The notes beneath the pieces are model-generated. The model saw only the letters and a list, made by a program, of their open reading frames with translations, searched no databases and was not told the DNA's origin. Below are positions 62,887 through 64,000 of a stretch of DNA of 64,000 nt, piece after piece. A program made the position numbers and the translations under genes. How positions within the stretch are numbered: the stretch's first letter is position 1; every line of letters starts with the position of its first letter. This DNA is from Basidiobolus meristosporus CBS 931.73 (taxonomy: Eukaryota; Fungi; Basidiobolomycota). The stretch covers positions 1 to 64,000 of the forward strand of contig MCFE01000472.1 in NCBI GenBank assembly GCA_002104905.1, read 5' to 3'.

Positions 62887-64000
62887 ATGTCGAAGGAACT
62901 CAACAGATTTTATGAATTACTCTTTTTGAGTTTAGGTATTCTGCTATTGATTAAGAACGCTGCTGCTGGTAAGTTTAATCCTTCTTGTTTATTAGAACCA
63001 CTCAAAAGCAATTCCTAAGCGATATTTCGTATTTGCAATCGTAGCTTGTTCATACTCTCGGGACCCTGGCTGGACAGAACCATTTAAATTCAACTTCAAG
63101 TTGAACGTCTGTCAAACTTCTCAAAACCTTGTTACAAGCAAAGTCGCCTTTGCAGCACAGTATGAAATCTCAGGAACACCAAGCCAGTGCAATTCGACCG
63201 GGAAAAATACCTACCAGTGTGTTACTTCGAGCGATTCTATCTATTTTAATTTATTCACTCCAGGGAACTCCAACGATTATCCAAGCCTGACAGTATCTGT
63301 CAACAATGATCAGTGTAGTGTCGCTCAATATTGTTCAACCCCTGGTGGCAGCCCAGGCGGAGGAGGTCAGGACAATGGAATGTTAAGTCTAGGCCCATTT
63401 GGGACTTATCCTAAGCCGGCTGCAATAGCTGGGTTGTGCGTATTCAGTCTATTAATACTGGGAGGAATCTACTTGGTATACCGACGACAAAGAACATACA
63501 GTCGTACCAGTTCCGCTGAGCCAGGCCCTCGAAGAAACCTATGGCAGTTGGTTTGCTGTAGTATGCACCGACAAACCGGGAGCAGATATGGTAAATCCAA
63601 TAATGGCAATACGAAACCAGCAGCACGAAGTGTTGGCCCCAAACAGAAGCGAAATTTGGAGGAAGGGAACCCGGATTATGAAAACGGCAACAACGTTAAT
63701 AGTTTGCCCTTGGAAAGCGTCTCCATTAACGACCTCGGCTCAGGCGTGAGAAATGTTCCCAAGTCATCTGTTCTGGTGAATTTAAAGGAAGATGTAAAAA
63801 AGCCTTCACCATCGAAGAGCAAAACGCACCGCTCAAGTGCACTTATTGATTCTATCGCCAATCAGAAAGAGAGTAATCTCGAGCCTCAACTCTCTGGAAC
63901 TCCTACTCGCTCTAGGACAGTTAAACGTAACCAAACTCTTTTAGAGAAATCTCGTAGCATGATTTCAGAGGAGCAGGTTGAACCTACCCGTGGTAGAAAT
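62887..64000 (+). CDS. Type I membrane protein of unknown function, partial; join(62887..62968,63045..>64000)
   Basis: Signal peptide, one GT-AG intron, about 110-aa ectodomain with 6 Cys, Gly linker, TM AAIAGLCVFSLLILGGIYLVY followed by RRQR, and a Ser/Lys-rich tail open to the window end. Confidence 0.8.

Noticed and set aside
1-64000. tRNA, rRNA or other structured RNA genes
   Set aside because: None recognised by eye; this is not a substitute for tRNAscan-SE or Infernal.

Overview
Eukaryotic window from an intron-containing fungus. An early-diverging lineage (Zoopagomycota/Mucoromycota-like) is an inference from gene content, not shown directly. The window has two sharply separated compartments. 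(1) About 1-18,950 is a nest of dead transposons: Ty3/Gypsy and Ty1/Copia LTR elements with several solo or partial LTRs, CACTA-type transposase remnants and an unclassified repeat. It is almost free of CpG. (2) About 19,000-64,000 is a gene-dense, CpG-normal block. It encodes a CRAL-TRIO protein, an orphan, a CBM18-chitin deacetylase, a SWSAP1-like RAD51 paralog, a DUF1769 protein, NudE, PDH E1-beta, an AIM25-type scramblase, phospholipase C, HAP5/NF-YC, a carotenoid cleavage oxygenase, a 2OG-Fe(II) oxygenase, a class 3 lipase and a type I membrane orphan. The most unusual part is 32.5-41.2 kb, which holds four intronless secreted glycine-rich genes. One is a Gly-Asn tandem-repeat protein with kexin-type sites and a Cys-closed hydrophobic tail. 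The other three form a small family; two of them are an inverted pair showing patchwork gene conversion, and the third has a prepro-antimicrobial-peptide-like layout. All coordinates, splice models and alignments were read by eye; no database searches were run.
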